Positions 1-14,183 of a stretch of 64,000 bases of DNA are shown piece after piece. A program made the translations under genes and the position numbers. The first letter of the stretch is position 1; each line of letters starts with the position of its first letter. The stretch is from Eledone cirrhosa (lineage: Eukaryota). Location: positions 19,902,001 through 19,966,000 of the forward strand of contig OZ024741.1 of NCBI GenBank assembly GCA_964016885.1. Reading direction: 5' to 3'. Below the pieces are notes generated by a model. That model was not told the origin of the DNA. It did not search any database and saw only the letters and a program-made list of their open reading frames with translations.

Positions 1-388
1 TTTCAAATTTCATTTGAAAAGGAAAATCAGAGTAGAGAGGGAAGTGCTCTCTTCCCAGCATTTTGTTGAAAGATGGGTGAGAGAAGCAAGAATGGCCCGA
101 GTGAATGGGCCTACTCTCAGTATATATCTGTAAATTAAAGGTGGAAAACTGGGAGAGGGCACTTGCCTTGGTGGTCAGGGTCATTGTGGCTTTTTATTGG
201 GCTTTCTCCACAAATGTCCCTCCGAAGTCTCCCCCCTATTGGGGAATTTTTCATTGTTATTTTTTGTTACACCCTCTGTTTTTTTTGTTTTTTTACACGC
301 AGAAATGCCCATTTGTACCGTGCTGTATTGTGCTGCACTGTCCTTAATGTCTACTTTATGTAAACCCTTGTGGTTAATAAAGAAATCA
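1..388 (+). mobile_element. 3' end of L1/Tx1-like non-LTR retrotransposon (ORF2 C-terminus, 3' UTR, (ATT)n tail)
   Basis: Frame from position 2 reads FKFHLKRKIRVEREVLSSQHFVERWVREARMARVN, stop at 131-133. Homologous to the minus-strand element near 62850-62970. Ends CCCTTGTGGTTAATAAAGAAATC followed by (ATT)n, like 62552-62575 (-). Confidence 0.8.
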
Positions 389-838
389 TTATTATTATTA
401 TTATTATTATTAATATTATTATTATTATTATTATAAATTGGCTTCTAAACTCTATGTTGTAGCTTATATTAATTTCCAACAGTAAGCGGTCGGGAGCACT
501 AGTTTGATAACGACCAAAATCAGAAATGATGACGTCATCATCACTAGTTACCCCTAGTCAGCTTCTGTTGGAACACACTAGATGACGCTATGCTATCGGT
601 TTTCCAATTCATAGCTGAAGGCCTTCAAAGTGTTTATTTATAAACATACCGTATGTTGCCAGATATACAGTTTCACGTATTTCATATACAAAGCTATGTT
701 AGAATTAATGCCCTTATTATATATATATGTACATATATGAAAAGATTCAGTTCCCCGACGGCTGAGCTCCGGCCGTTTCGAGTATTGAGTACTCTGGTGC
801 GTTATGGTCCACCTGGTATCTTACTACACCCTCTTTGT

Positions 839-924
<86 letters not shown>

Positions 925-960
925 GAAATGGCTGGAGTTCAGCCATCGGGGCCCTGACTT

Positions 961-1020
<60 letters not shown>

Positions 1021-1056
1021 AAGTCAGGGCCCCGATGGCTGAACTCCAGCCATTTC

Positions 1057-1149
<93 letters not shown>

Positions 1150-1155
1150 ATATAT

Positions 1156-1345
1156 GGAACAAGTAAGACCCCGACGGCTGATCTCAAGCCGTTTCGACGG
1201 CTAATTCTGGTCCAGAATTAACCGTCGAAACGGCTTGAGCTCAGCCGTCGGGGTCTTACTTGTTCCTATTACCCACTCTACTACCCTAAGTATTGAGTAC
1301 TTTGGTGCGTTATGGTCCACCTGGTTCCTTACCACATTTCCTTCG

Positions 1346-1349
<4 letters not shown>
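1156..1349 (+). mobile_element. Palindromic PLE 3'-end mini-element (family N) carrying the HHR 3' half
   Basis: Inverted arms centred at CTGGTCCAG (~1211). Contains GAAA-CGGCTTGAGCTCAGCCG-TC-GGGGTC. Matches the 3' end of the parent at 38309-40155. Flanked by microsatellites. Confidence 0.85.
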
Positions 1350-1425
<76 letters not shown>

Positions 1426-1726
1426 TATAAAGTAAAGTATGTCCAGAGAATTATTTGATAATATATATACATCATTTCTTCTCCCAATTAGCATAATTAA
1501 CCACACAAAAAATCAATTAGACCAGGCTTTAAGATTAAAAGGCACCTATGAAGAAACAGTAAATAAATACACGACTGCTACGTCTTCGCGGCCAACCGCT
1601 ATAGAATAAATACCCAACATTTCAACAGCACGTGGAAATTAATTAAATATACGGTCAACCATACACAATTGGGTATAAAATTAAAGTTAGAAATGCTTAT
1701 ATACATACCAGGATTAAATCACTAAA

Positions 1727-1803
1727 TCCCGACCCATGGGTTTCGCTCTCATTTTGAGATATCCTATTAAGGATAAATCTCGAGTTTAGAGCTCTTCAGG
1801 GGA
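1727..1803 (-). ncRNA. Type I hammerhead ribozyme
   Basis: Reverse complement: TCCC-CTGAAGA-GCTCT..AGAGC-GAAA-CCCATGGG-TC-GGGA. All three stems pair, GUC triplet, palindromic stem III. Confidence 0.85.
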
Positions 1804-1954
1804 CAAACTCGCTAGGACAAATTATTTTCTGAAGTGGCCCCCGCCAAACACGAATTCAAAATGGCTGAGAACTGTGACGTGGCAGTGGTCAAGTCAGAAA
1901 GAATGTGATTGGTTGCTTACGGCGAGTGGGCTGGTTGCTAGAAAGCGCAGGCCA

Positions 1955-1989
<35 letters not shown>

Positions 1990-2039
1990 AAATAAAGTAA
2001 AATAAAAAGTCAAATGTCTAAAATTTAGCTTCGTTTATT

Positions 2040-2094
2040 ACTGCTATATATATTTCGGTGACAGCCATCTTTGTCTGTTACCTCTTCAGGCAGT
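2040..2094 (-). ncRNA. Minimal type I hammerhead ribozyme
   Basis: Reverse complement: ACTGC-CTGAAGA-GGTAACAG..CTGTCACC-GAAA-TATATA-TA-GCAGT. Homologue at 35438-35492 (+). Confidence 0.8.
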
Positions 2095-2204
2095 CCGAAT
2101 TAGTGTGGTATAGACAAATACATATGTTATTGAGGTGTATAATTTTGTCAATACTCTGATATGCCCAGTTCCTGGTTGGGTTGTTATTTCACTGAGGAAC
2201 TGGA

Positions 2205-2277
<73 letters not shown>

Positions 2278-2539
2278 GGAAAAATGAAACGAAATTTCAT
2301 TTCCCACTCTTAGTACGGCTGTTACTTAAATATAAGTATGTACACGTACATATATTTATGTATATATAAATAAATACACACATATATACATGTACGTATG
2401 GATTCACCGAACATTTATTATAATGCTCGGTGTGTTTGTAAACAAACATCCTGTATTAAGCCGTAGTGTCCAGCAACCATCGTTGCTCGTTTGTTCAACA
2501 CTGACAAGGTTCGGTGAATCCGTACGGACATATATATAC

Positions 2540-2581
<42 letters not shown>

Positions 2582-2595
2582 TTTTTTTTTTTTTA

Positions 2596-2800
2596 ATCGA
2601 TCGACTTTCGTCAAATCGGACCGAGGAAACAATGTTTCCGTTGGTCTTTCCAGTTGCTAGTATCGGTCGCAACTCCAGGTAGAAGGAGCAACGTGAAATA
2701 AAGTGTCTTGCCTAAGGACATAACGCATCGCCCGGTCCAGGAATCGAACTCACAACCTCAAGATTGTGAATCCAATTCTCTAACCACTCAGCCACACGCC
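2596..2800 (-). mobile_element. tRNA-derived SINE
   Basis: Reverse complement begins GCGTGTGGCTGAGTGGTTAGAG (A box) then GAGTTCGATTCC (B box). Related copy at ~28700-28980 (+). Confidence 0.7.
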
Positions 2801-2844
2801 TATGTATATATATATATGTATATATATATATGTATATATATATG

Positions 2845-3298
<454 letters not shown>

Positions 3299-3301
<3 letters not shown>

Positions 3302-3637
3302 AGTCGTTTGGAAGCCTCGACAATGCAAATGGGTAAATCTCCGGGTAACAAGATCCGGTGGTGGAGAGAGAGATGTAAGTGGGTGTACGTTGAGATGCGT
3401 GGTGTGTATAAGACGTGTATGAGATGTGTAGAAGAATGAAGGAAAGAGTATAAAGGATAAAATTAAAATAACAACACGAGAGAGAGTTACCTTGGGAGAG
3501 ATTTAATAGTCCTATATATTTCGGATTCACATCCATCAACTGGGGTTTTTTTCCGGGGTGGGGGAAAGGTTGTCTGTAGGACAGGTGCGAAACGCGTCCT
3601 CCACTGTTTGTTGTTTTGAAGCAAACTTCAATACTCT

Positions 3638-3638
<1 letters not shown>
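3299..3638 (-). mobile_element. Solo 3' UTR/pLTR of the PLE family at 31696-34540
   Basis: Near-identical to 31706-32012 and to the reverse complement of 53995-54330. Flanked by (TA)n. Confidence 0.8.
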
Positions 3639-3704
<66 letters not shown>

Positions 3705-3711
<7 letters not shown>

Positions 3712-4312
3712 TATAGAGAAAAATACTGCAGGTAGCACATGGATAACATGTAATAAAATAAGTCCCTTATCAGTGATTTGCCGAAGATCATAGATATTTC
3801 ATTGCATTAAAAATCATATATCTCACGTCGGTGCAATAATAACCAAAATAAGTTATTAGGACAATTAAAACGCGTAAAGCGAGTGAGACAGGAGAACAAC
3901 AGAGTAAAGCTAACCGGGGGGAAAGAAACAAGCTTCAAAAATTATTCTGTTTAGCATAAGCTAGGTGAATATATGAGCGCTTAGAGAATAGATCCTACAC
4001 GAGCGAAGGCTATGAGCAGAGAGAGAAAAATAGCGTTCGTGGTGTGCAGGATGAAATGAAGAGAAGAGAGAGAAAAACAGTGAGTGAGTGAAAGTGTGAG
4101 GAAGAGTTAACGGACATGACAGAGGGGGAGAAACAGAGAGAATGGGGGAACAGTAAGAGAGAGAGAAAAAACACAGAATCGCAGTGGTAAATATATGTAT
4201 TAAAATATAGAGAAAAATACTGCAGGTAGCACATGGATAACATGTAATAAAATAAGTCCCTCATCAGTGATTTGCCGAAGATCATAGATATTTCATTGCA
4301 TTAAAAATCATA
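3705..4312 (-). mobile_element. Non-coding direct-repeat (retrozyme-like) element, 494-bp period
   Basis: 3705-3820 is repeated at 4199-4312. Each repeat carries, on the minus strand, GAAA-TATC-TA-TGAT-N9-ATCA-CTGAT(G/A)A. The interior is homologous to 36041-36692. Confidence 0.6.
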
Positions 4313-4324
4313 TATATATATATA

Positions 4325-4874
<550 letters not shown>

Positions 4875-5014
4875 TTATATATATATATGTATATATATAT
4901 ATTGTGTGTGTGTGTGAGTATGTGAGTGTGTGTGTATTTGTGCGCGCGCATTTGATGTTGTTGATGCTGATGAGAGTGATGCTAATGGTGGTATTGAGAC
5001 ATCCAAAATAAACG

Positions 5015-5635
<621 letters not shown>

Positions 5636-5877
5636 CACACTCCTTCCCATATATATATATGGGAAGGAGTGTGTTCATACATGCATGCATGTATGCATAC
5701 ACATACATACACACAAACACACACACACACACACACATACATATGGCGTCACTGTAAAAAGAATCTTTTGATATAGCTACTGACATATAAAATACATTAA
5801 TTCTCTTCCAATTGATATTCTTTAGCATGTAGTATGATATCCTGTAATGAAAAGCTGTTTACTATTGCTGGTCCAGG

Positions 5878-6090
5878 GATTGGCAGAATAGGTAGAGTGT
5901 CGGACAACATGCTTTGCGGCATATAGATACATCCCTTTACGTTCTGAGTTTAAATCCTGCCGAGGTTAGTTTGCCTTCCATCATTACGGAGGTAGATAAA
6001 ATAAAGTACCAGTAATACACTGAGGTCGATTTAAACGACTTTCCCTGACCCCCAAATTGCTGGCCTTGTGCTTCAATCAGACATCATTAT
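5878..6090 (+). mobile_element. tRNA-derived SINE with Meta-like central domain
   Basis: TGGCAGAATAGG A box, GAGTTTAAATCC B box, then GCCTTCCATCATTACGGAGGTAGATAAAATAAAGTACCAG. Confidence 0.7.
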
Positions 6091-6524
6091 TGGCAGTCTA
6101 TAAAGAAGAATGTCTTTCTTGAGTTGTCTCCCCTTGGTCATGAAATATTAAATCTACAATACAAATTTAGTCGTTTTCTATGCATAAGATTTCTTAATTT
6201 TATTGCCTTCACTACATTAATGATGTTGATGGTGATTATTATGAGGATGATGATGATAATAATGATGATAATGGTGATCATATATATATATATATTTTTG
6301 TCCGAACAACACCACTAGAAGAATCTACTTCCCAGCCAACCTTAGCACGCCTCATTAAGCTAACTGCTGCCAAAACATTCTCTCTTCACAATCTCTACTA
6401 GTCTGACAGTCTTAAACCCTAAGACTCCCTCCACCTTACTCACTTCCCTCTTCCCCTTCTCTTCCTACCTCCTTCTTTATCTTTTATCTAGTGTATAAAA
6501 TATTTTCATATCATTCTAATACAA

Positions 6525-6638
6525 AGGTCTGATGACATGGTATGTTGGCTTACAGTGTACTTTCGGTTTTTGATATTTGTGTATTATTCAAGTAGCGAGG
6601 CATAGGTAACTCATACACTATAGAAACAATTGTTACCT
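6525..6638 (+). ncRNA. Hammerhead ribozyme with long stem II
   Basis: AGGT-CTGATGA-(~87 nt, GTATG/CATAC pairing)-GAAA-CAATTG-TT-ACCT. Palindromic stem III. Lies ~45 nt upstream of (TA)n. Confidence 0.65.
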
Positions 6639-6737
6639 AATAAATTCTATATACCCGCATTTCCATTTCGTAAATTTTTTCTCTATATATATATATATAT
6701 TTATATATATACATACATACATACATACATACATACA

Positions 6738-6879
<142 letters not shown>

Positions 6880-7463
6880 AGTATATATTACACAAAGAGA
6901 AGTGTGTTACACAGTGAGATGTGTGTAAAGAATTATTACAAGTGATTTTACCGTTACTGTATAGGGAACAATATCTACAGGTTAGCAATTAAATAGAAAA
7001 AAAAACCAATTCAGAATCAAATCTCTGGATTAGAGTTTTAAATCACAAACCTTATAACTATATTTTGTTGATACGAATCTAGCTTCCTTTCACCACTTAT
7101 ATGTGCAGTATCAGTTCACAAGGATCCTCAGTCAGCAAATGCGAACACTGAACACTACACATCTAACCTCATGGATAGAGAGATTGCAAATAGATACGCT
7201 GGCCAGAATAGGGCGAAAACACGTGTTATTTGAATCAAATAACGGCTCTCATGGATTGGGGAAGATGCTAGAAAGTGCAGCCCAACCATGCGAATTGTTA
7301 GCTCAACAATTTGGAGCTCACACATCTCACTGTGTAACACACTTCTCTTTGTGTAATATATACTTGCATTTGAGCTCAGAAGGAAATTCTCTATTCTTCT
7401 TTGAGCTAATACTATTATTATTATTATTACAGTGAACTGCGGAATACTCTTTATTCCGATCTT

Positions 7464-7607
<144 letters not shown>

Positions 7608-7610
7608 ATG

Positions 7611-7721
<111 letters not shown>

Positions 7722-7729
7722 ATGTATAA

Positions 7730-7764
<35 letters not shown>

Positions 7765-7807
7765 TATATACAAAGATCGGAATTAAGAGTATTCCGCAGT
7801 TCACTGT

Positions 7808-8424
7808 AATAATAAGAATATCTTCAACACTGCCAAAGCAAACCCACCGATCATTGCTCAAAGTAATGAATTAAAAGGCTTAATCACAGATCGATCTTTG
7901 ACTCTTAGTAAAAGACAGCCAAAAAATTTGAAGCAATTACTAACAAAAGCAAAGTTTGACCTTAACAACAAAGACCAATCATTCACTGTATCTAAATGCA
8001 ATGATAGTCGATGCGGCACATGTCAATCCATACACGCCGGTCAATATATGAAAACAAAAACTGGAAAAATATTCCCAAATGCAAATATGAACTGCAAAAG
8101 CAGAAATCTAATTTACTGCATTAAATGCCCGAATTGTGAAGAACTATATGTCGGTCAAACTGGAAATGCACTATCGGAACGTGCACGGGTACACCGTCAA
8201 CAAATCAGAGACCCAAATGTCCGTCAGATACCCCTAAGTAACCATCTAGCAACATGTGGTCAGGGAATATTTATAATATTCCCATTCTACAAATTACACA
8301 GCCCAAGTGAAATCAAGAGAAAAATCAAAGAAAAGAATTTTATTGATAAATTCAAACCCAAGCTAAATGAACAATAATAACGCTTAGGGGTATTACTTCT
8401 ACTACCACTATGACTATGACCACT

Positions 8425-8481
<57 letters not shown>

Positions 8482-8945
8482 AATAAAAGTGATGTTGATG
8501 GTGATGATTAATAGAAAATGCTATTTTCATCATTTCTAAAAATAGCAAAACAATTGATGCTTTGGATATGATTAATTATTGGTCGCTAGACATGCTCAAC
8601 CAACCGTGACGCTTAAACCAATCAGCTTTAGTAATTCAGTGAAACTACACACTGATTGGTCGAAATACAGTTTGCAGGGCTTAGCATTCTGGAGCCACTT
8701 TTCCCTGTATAAAATGTATAAAAGGTAGGAAATTTACCCATCTTATTACAGTTGAAAATTGCAAACTTGACTGTCACCACATATTATGAACCTGAAGATT
8801 GCGAAAGCATGAAAGTACTTGTTCAATTAACACTTAGAATTTAATATTCTATCATACTATTTCATTATAATACCATTATAAATTTTAAAGGATTGTAAAT
8901 AAAACGAGTAAATCAGACAAAGTTGGAATTCCTCTTATTAATATA
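7808..8945 (+). mobile_element. 5'-truncated Penelope-like element (Neptune-type), GIY-YIG endonuclease plus 3' pLTR
   Basis: ORF 7898-8377: CNDSRCGTC, then NMNCKSRNLIYCIKCPNCEELYVGQT..LSERARVH..E..FI..F.P.LN. HHR in the 3' UTR. Confidence 0.9.
8787..8825 (+). ncRNA. Minimal type I hammerhead ribozyme in PLE pLTR
   Basis: TGAAC-CTGAAGA-TTGC GAAA GCAT-GAAA-GTAC-TT-GTTCA. Palindromic GTAC loop III. Confidence 0.85.
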
Positions 8946-8999
8946 ATCTTCTATACACAATCTAACACACCCGTGTATATTTACCTATATATATATATA

Positions 9000-9190
9000 G
9001 GAACAAGTAAGACCCCGACGGCTGAGCTCAAGCCGTTTCGACGGCTAATTCAGTACAGAATTAGCCGTCGAAACGGCTTGAGCTCAGCCGTCGGGGTCTT
9101 ACTTGTTCCTATTACCCACTCTACTACCCTAAGTATTGAGTACTTTGGTGCGTTATGGTCCACCTGGTTCCTTACCACATTTCCTTCGTT
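9000..9190 (+). mobile_element. Palindromic PLE 3'-end mini-element (family N)
   Basis: Same as 1156-1349 but with centre CAGTACAG (~9054). Confidence 0.85.
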
Positions 9191-10157
9191 ATATATATAT
9201 ATATATAGTACTGTGATCCTTGTGATTTCGAGATATATAACCACTGACACTGTTACGAAGACCAGAAAACCATACTCCATAATATTGAACCAAGTGGTTG
9301 ATTTGTGCGGCCAAAATAACACCACACACATATTGAACTAGGAATATTGGATCCTCCGTCAATGTCTGGGTGAGCAAAAATAGATTTCTATCTGCATTGG
9401 AATTTACGAACTTGTGCATCTGCTGTGGTGTCAAACACAAACGCACACGACCGCACAGATGAGCAATGGACCATGCCACGTGGGTTGAACCTGCAAGTGA
9501 ATTGAAGGATGTGTAACTCTGATATACAGATTATTTATTATTCAGATGTATAAACTTGACATAACTATTATCATCTTATATTCTCTCAACTAATCACATT
9601 GGATTATATTTCTCTATCCCGTTTTCTCCCCCCATATTTATAATATTTTTACTTGAAAAAAATCGTTTTTTTTACATTGTGTTTTTCCCTTTCTAATACT
9701 TGCTTATATTTCTTTATATATTCTCTATATATTTTTTTATCTTTATTCTTATTTTCACTTTTATCCTCCTTTATATTTCACCTTATTCTTACTTTTATAC
9801 CTTATTATAGTGTAATCTTCCCAATGCCTTATTATACATTATTAATTATAGATTATTATTACTCTTTTTCCATTTCTAATTACCTCATGTACTTTCTCCT
9901 CCGTTATATATATATTGTATGCCCTTTGTATGTGTGTAGCCTCTGCACACCCTCTGCACCCTACCATCTATGGCTCAGCTAACCACTCGACTACCGGGAA
10001 TGAATATGACCACAGCTAGTAAACAAGGACCCACACCCCACCCTCCCGCACCAAAATTAGACTTATCGTCCCCTGCTTTTGCTCTTTACTCTCTTTACTC
10101 TTTGTTCTTGAATGGTTGCTAGGTAGAGTCCATACTACCAATCAAACCCCTTTTATA

Positions 10158-10202
10158 GCTCTGACGAATCCTACGGTTACGTAAGGAAAAACCATTGTAA
10201 GC
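10158..10202 (+). ncRNA. Degenerate hammerhead ribozyme
   Basis: GCT-CTGACGA-ATCCTACG GTTA CGTAAGGA-AAAA-CCATTG-TA-AGC. The GAAA motif is altered. Confidence 0.45.
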
Positions 10203-10282
10203 CAATAAAAATCTTTTGATGTTGTAGACGCTCTTGTGTTCTTTATCATATATTTGTATATATATATATAAATATATATATA

Positions 10283-10334
<52 letters not shown>

Positions 10335-10339
<5 letters not shown>

Positions 10340-11978
10340 ATACTTTGGGAGGGTCATGTTGCCAATAAGAAACACACGCACCAGTTGCTTTCACTTCAAT
10401 TTATTATAATAAATTTATAAATTTAGGAATTTATAAATTTCTGGTTGGTTGGTTGGTTCCACAACCAGATAGTTGTTTATATATTGTCAAAGTTCTTTCG
10501 TCACACATTCTGTGACCTCTTCAGTGACTGGGGATTCTTTTCTTTGTTTTTGTGCCGCTCCTTTGTTCTGTCCTACGCCATTTTGTTTCTGTGTGTGTGT
10601 TGTGTGTTCAGTCTGCGCATGCGCCACATCTGGGTGTCTGTGTGTGTTTATATTCGTTTATTTATTTGTTTATTTACATGTTACCGGTTGGTTGTTTGTT
10701 ATATGTGCGTGTGTGTTTTCATTTTGTCCTTAATTGTAAGTTGTGATGTTGCTGTTCCATTCATATTTTCTATTTAATTTTGGTTGTAATTCTTTTATGT
10801 TTATTGCCTCTGTGATTTGTCTAAACATTGCGTCTTTTCTATGTGTAGATTCTATTTTTATTTCTATGTTCTCTAATTTACCCTTATGTTCTATTTTAGC
10901 ATGTTGGTAGAGTACAGATGATTCTTTACTATCTTGAAGGTCTCGCCAGTGTTCATTTATCCGTTCCCTACACTACGAGCTGTCTCACCTATGTACACTA
11001 TATTTTTGTCTCTACATTGTCCTTCAGTACATCTTATGCTATACACTACATTTCTAGTTTTACAGTTAATATGGGGGGCTTATTTTACAGGTTATACATT
11101 TCTTATCTATACAGGGGGTCTTTGAAAAGGGTATGTCTTGCTAATAAGTGTTTTTACGGAGGTACCTGGTCTTTCTACTATCTTAATATTGAGTTTATGT
11201 TTATCTAGGGCCCTTCTAAATTTGTAAGCTAATTCACCTCTAGGGGTTGTATCGATGAACATTACACTCTGGTATTTATTGCTATCATACCATGAGTTTA
11301 TTCTATTAGCCTTATTCCTAGTTCTTTCTATTCTATTCCAAAATTTGCTCCTATACAAGGGGCAGGTCCCATTTGTGTCATTATTTACCATTTTTTCCCT
11401 TTTGGTTCTGGCTCCTCTATACACTCTGATTTTATCTCTCTGATTGTAACCAGAGAACTGCATACGGTGGATGAAGTGTTGTATGTGTCTCTCTAGTTTT
11501 TCGGGGTTGCACACGTTTCTCATCACCCGTACCAAATCCGCAATCAGTATGTTCATTTTGGTATGGTCCGAAACAGCTGAGTTTCGGTGGATCAGATGTT
11601 TGGAAGTCATGGGTTTGGCATAGTCTGCGGATGTGGCGCATGCGCAGACTGAGCACACAACACACACACAGAAACAAAATGGCGTAGGACAGAACAAAGG
11701 AGAGGCACAAAAACAAAGAAAATAATCCCCAGTCACTGAAGAGGTCACAGAATGTGTGACGAAAGAACTTTGACAATATATAAACAACTATCTGGTTGTG
11801 GAACCAACCAACCAGAAATTTATAAATTCCTAAATTTATAAATTTATTATAATAAATTGAAGTGAAAGAAACTGATGCGTGTGTTTCTTATTGGCAACAT
11901 GACCCTCCCAAAGTATAACAATATCGGTTTCAACACACGTTTTCAGATAAAGAATCTTGCTAAACAAATTCAGAAACG

Positions 11979-11982
<4 letters not shown>
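10335..11982 (-). mobile_element. 5'-truncated Penelope-like element (Naiad-like) with inverted pLTR
   Basis: Minus strand reads YAKPMTSKHLIHRNSAV..KMNIL..LVRVMRN (RT thumb), then frameshifted CITC..NCKTRNVVYSIRC..VYIGETARS..ERINEH (GIY-YIG, ~11105-10780). 10335-10630 is inverted at 11630-11922. Confidence 0.85.
11732..11774 (+). ncRNA. Minimal hammerhead ribozyme (copy at 10486-10528 on the minus strand)
   Basis: GTCA-CTGAAGA-G GTCAC AGAATGT GTGAC-GAAA-GAAC-TT-TGAC. Confidence 0.8.
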
Positions 11983-12030
<48 letters not shown>

Positions 12031-12734
12031 ATAATAATAAAATTGAAGACTAAAATCCAAAGAGGGCTCGATAAGGAAAATATATATCAAATATATAAGA
12101 ACCGTAGAGCAAATTCTTTGCTTAAACTTTAATCTGTTATTTTAATAAATATATATATATATATATATATATGAGATTAGAGCAAACATCACAAGCGCTA
12201 ACAAGCTTGAAACTAGTACAGCGTTCCTTCGTCAGTGTTGAACAAACGAGCAACGGTGGTTGCTAGACACTACGGCTTAATACGGGATGTTTGTTTACAA
12301 ACACACCGAGCATTATAATAAATATTCGGTGAATCCATACGTGCATATATATATGTGTGCATGTATGTATATATATGTATACATACTACTGTACGTCGGT
12401 ATGCATATATGTGTGTACGTGTACATACTTATATATTTATATATACATATATATTAAATATATATTTATATTTATATCCCATTTCAAGATAGTTAACTAC
12501 AACACGTGTATTTTTCCCTCCCTGTCCTTTCACCCGTTTTCTTCTCTTATTTACTCATGTCTTCCTTCCTTTTTCTACTTCTCTCTCTCTCTCGCCCCCC
12601 TCTCTCTCTCTATTCCTCGCCCTCTCTCCCTCTCTCTTTCTTTCTTTCTTATTCTACCTTGCGATGAAGGACTTGCATCCGAAACCATCATTATATTATG
12701 TTGCTCTACTTTATTATTTTCTTTTTTTATTTAA

Positions 12735-12798
<64 letters not shown>

Positions 12799-12800
12799 CT

Positions 12801-12837
<37 letters not shown>

Positions 12838-12900
12838 AACTTGAGTTTTTCGAATATTAATAATATTCGATTCTTGCTCTTGTCTTGACATGTAAACTGA

Positions 12901-12947
12901 ACTGCAGACACTAATGTTTCTGGGTGATTACCCTTCATCAGTCCAGT
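12901..12947 (-). ncRNA. Type I hammerhead ribozyme
   Basis: Reverse complement: ACTGGA-CTGATGA-AGGGT AATC ACCCA-GAAA-CATTAGTG-TC-TGCAGT. GUC triplet. Confidence 0.75.
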
Positions 12948-13335
12948 TTACTGTTCACCATTCAACTGTCAGAGCTAGTGAAAATATATGATATTTTCTA
13001 AAATATACAGTCACTGATCGGCCTGATTTTCATATTAGTAGACTGGCTGATCAGTCAGATCTGTATGTTAGCAGATTCACTGATCAGCCAAATTTTCATA
13101 TCAGTAGATAGGCCAGTCAGTTTCCTGTATACGAGCGATTAATGGCCGGCTTTGCCATATTCAAATAACTAACAAAAGTTATCGCTCTACATGACTGAAT
13201 ACAATAAATGTAATCTGAGTTTTCGAATATTAATGATAATATTCGATTCGTTTGCAATTATGCAAACAGCCTCTTTTAAGCCATGTCAGTAGAATGAGCC
13301 CCTCATTCTTGGTCTTGTGTTGGCATGTAAACAGA

Positions 13336-13369
<34 letters not shown>

Positions 13370-13650
13370 TTGCATATGCCATTGCCCTTCTATTCGGTTT
13401 GTTTACTTCGTTTTTTCCTCTTTCCCTTTTATTTCTTTCTTTCTCTCTCTTCACTATCATTTCTTTCCCTCATGGCCTTTTGATGAATAAAAGGCATCGG
13501 GCGCGCTGCCGATCGATGTCCTGTGTTAAACGCCGAAACATCTATGATCCGCAGTAAATAGCTGATGAAGGGCTACTTTTCTTCTCTTGTTTACGTCCCT
13601 ATTACCATCTTACACCTTTGTTTACAGTAACCACACAGCCTGCCTCTTTA

Positions 13651-13733
<83 letters not shown>

Positions 13734-13740
13734 GGGGGGG

Positions 13741-13793
<53 letters not shown>

Positions 13794-13805
13794 GGGGGGT
13801 ATGTA

Positions 13806-13861
<56 letters not shown>

Positions 13862-13884
13862 TATCTGTGTGTGGGTGATGTTGC

Positions 13885-14150
13885 ACAGATATGTCTGAGT
13901 AGTTAAGAAGTTCGCCTTGCAATCATGGTTTCCCATGTTCGATCCTAAGTTCTGGCATCTTAAATAAGGTTCCTTTTTATCTTAGCCTCGAACCGAAATT
14001 ATGTCGACGGAAGTGGAAGACTGTCCCATATATTGTACCTATAATGCGAATGTCTAACCTTTCTGCTCGGTTGATAGGTTGATTCTGCTAATTATTTTAA
14101 GGGTATATCTGTCTGTGGAATAGTCAACCCCTTACACTTGCATCATCAAC
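13885..14150 (+). mobile_element. Diverged tRNA-derived SINE
   Basis: CTGAGTAGTTAAGAAGTTCGCCTTGCAATCATGG..GTTCGATCC. Homologous to 28995-29345. Confidence 0.6.
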
Positions 14151-14183
14151 ATTTCTAAATTTTCATAGTCTTAACTTCTAGAT

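Noticed and set aside
476-571. Small element with imperfect inverted ends (CCAACAG..CTGTTGG)
   Set aside because: Single copy, no clear TSD, too short to classify.
12195-12690. Additional HHR candidates (12195-12240 minus, 12660-12690 plus; also 25305-25339 minus)
   Set aside because: Core or stem I is incomplete or truncated, so these are treated as remnants and not called.
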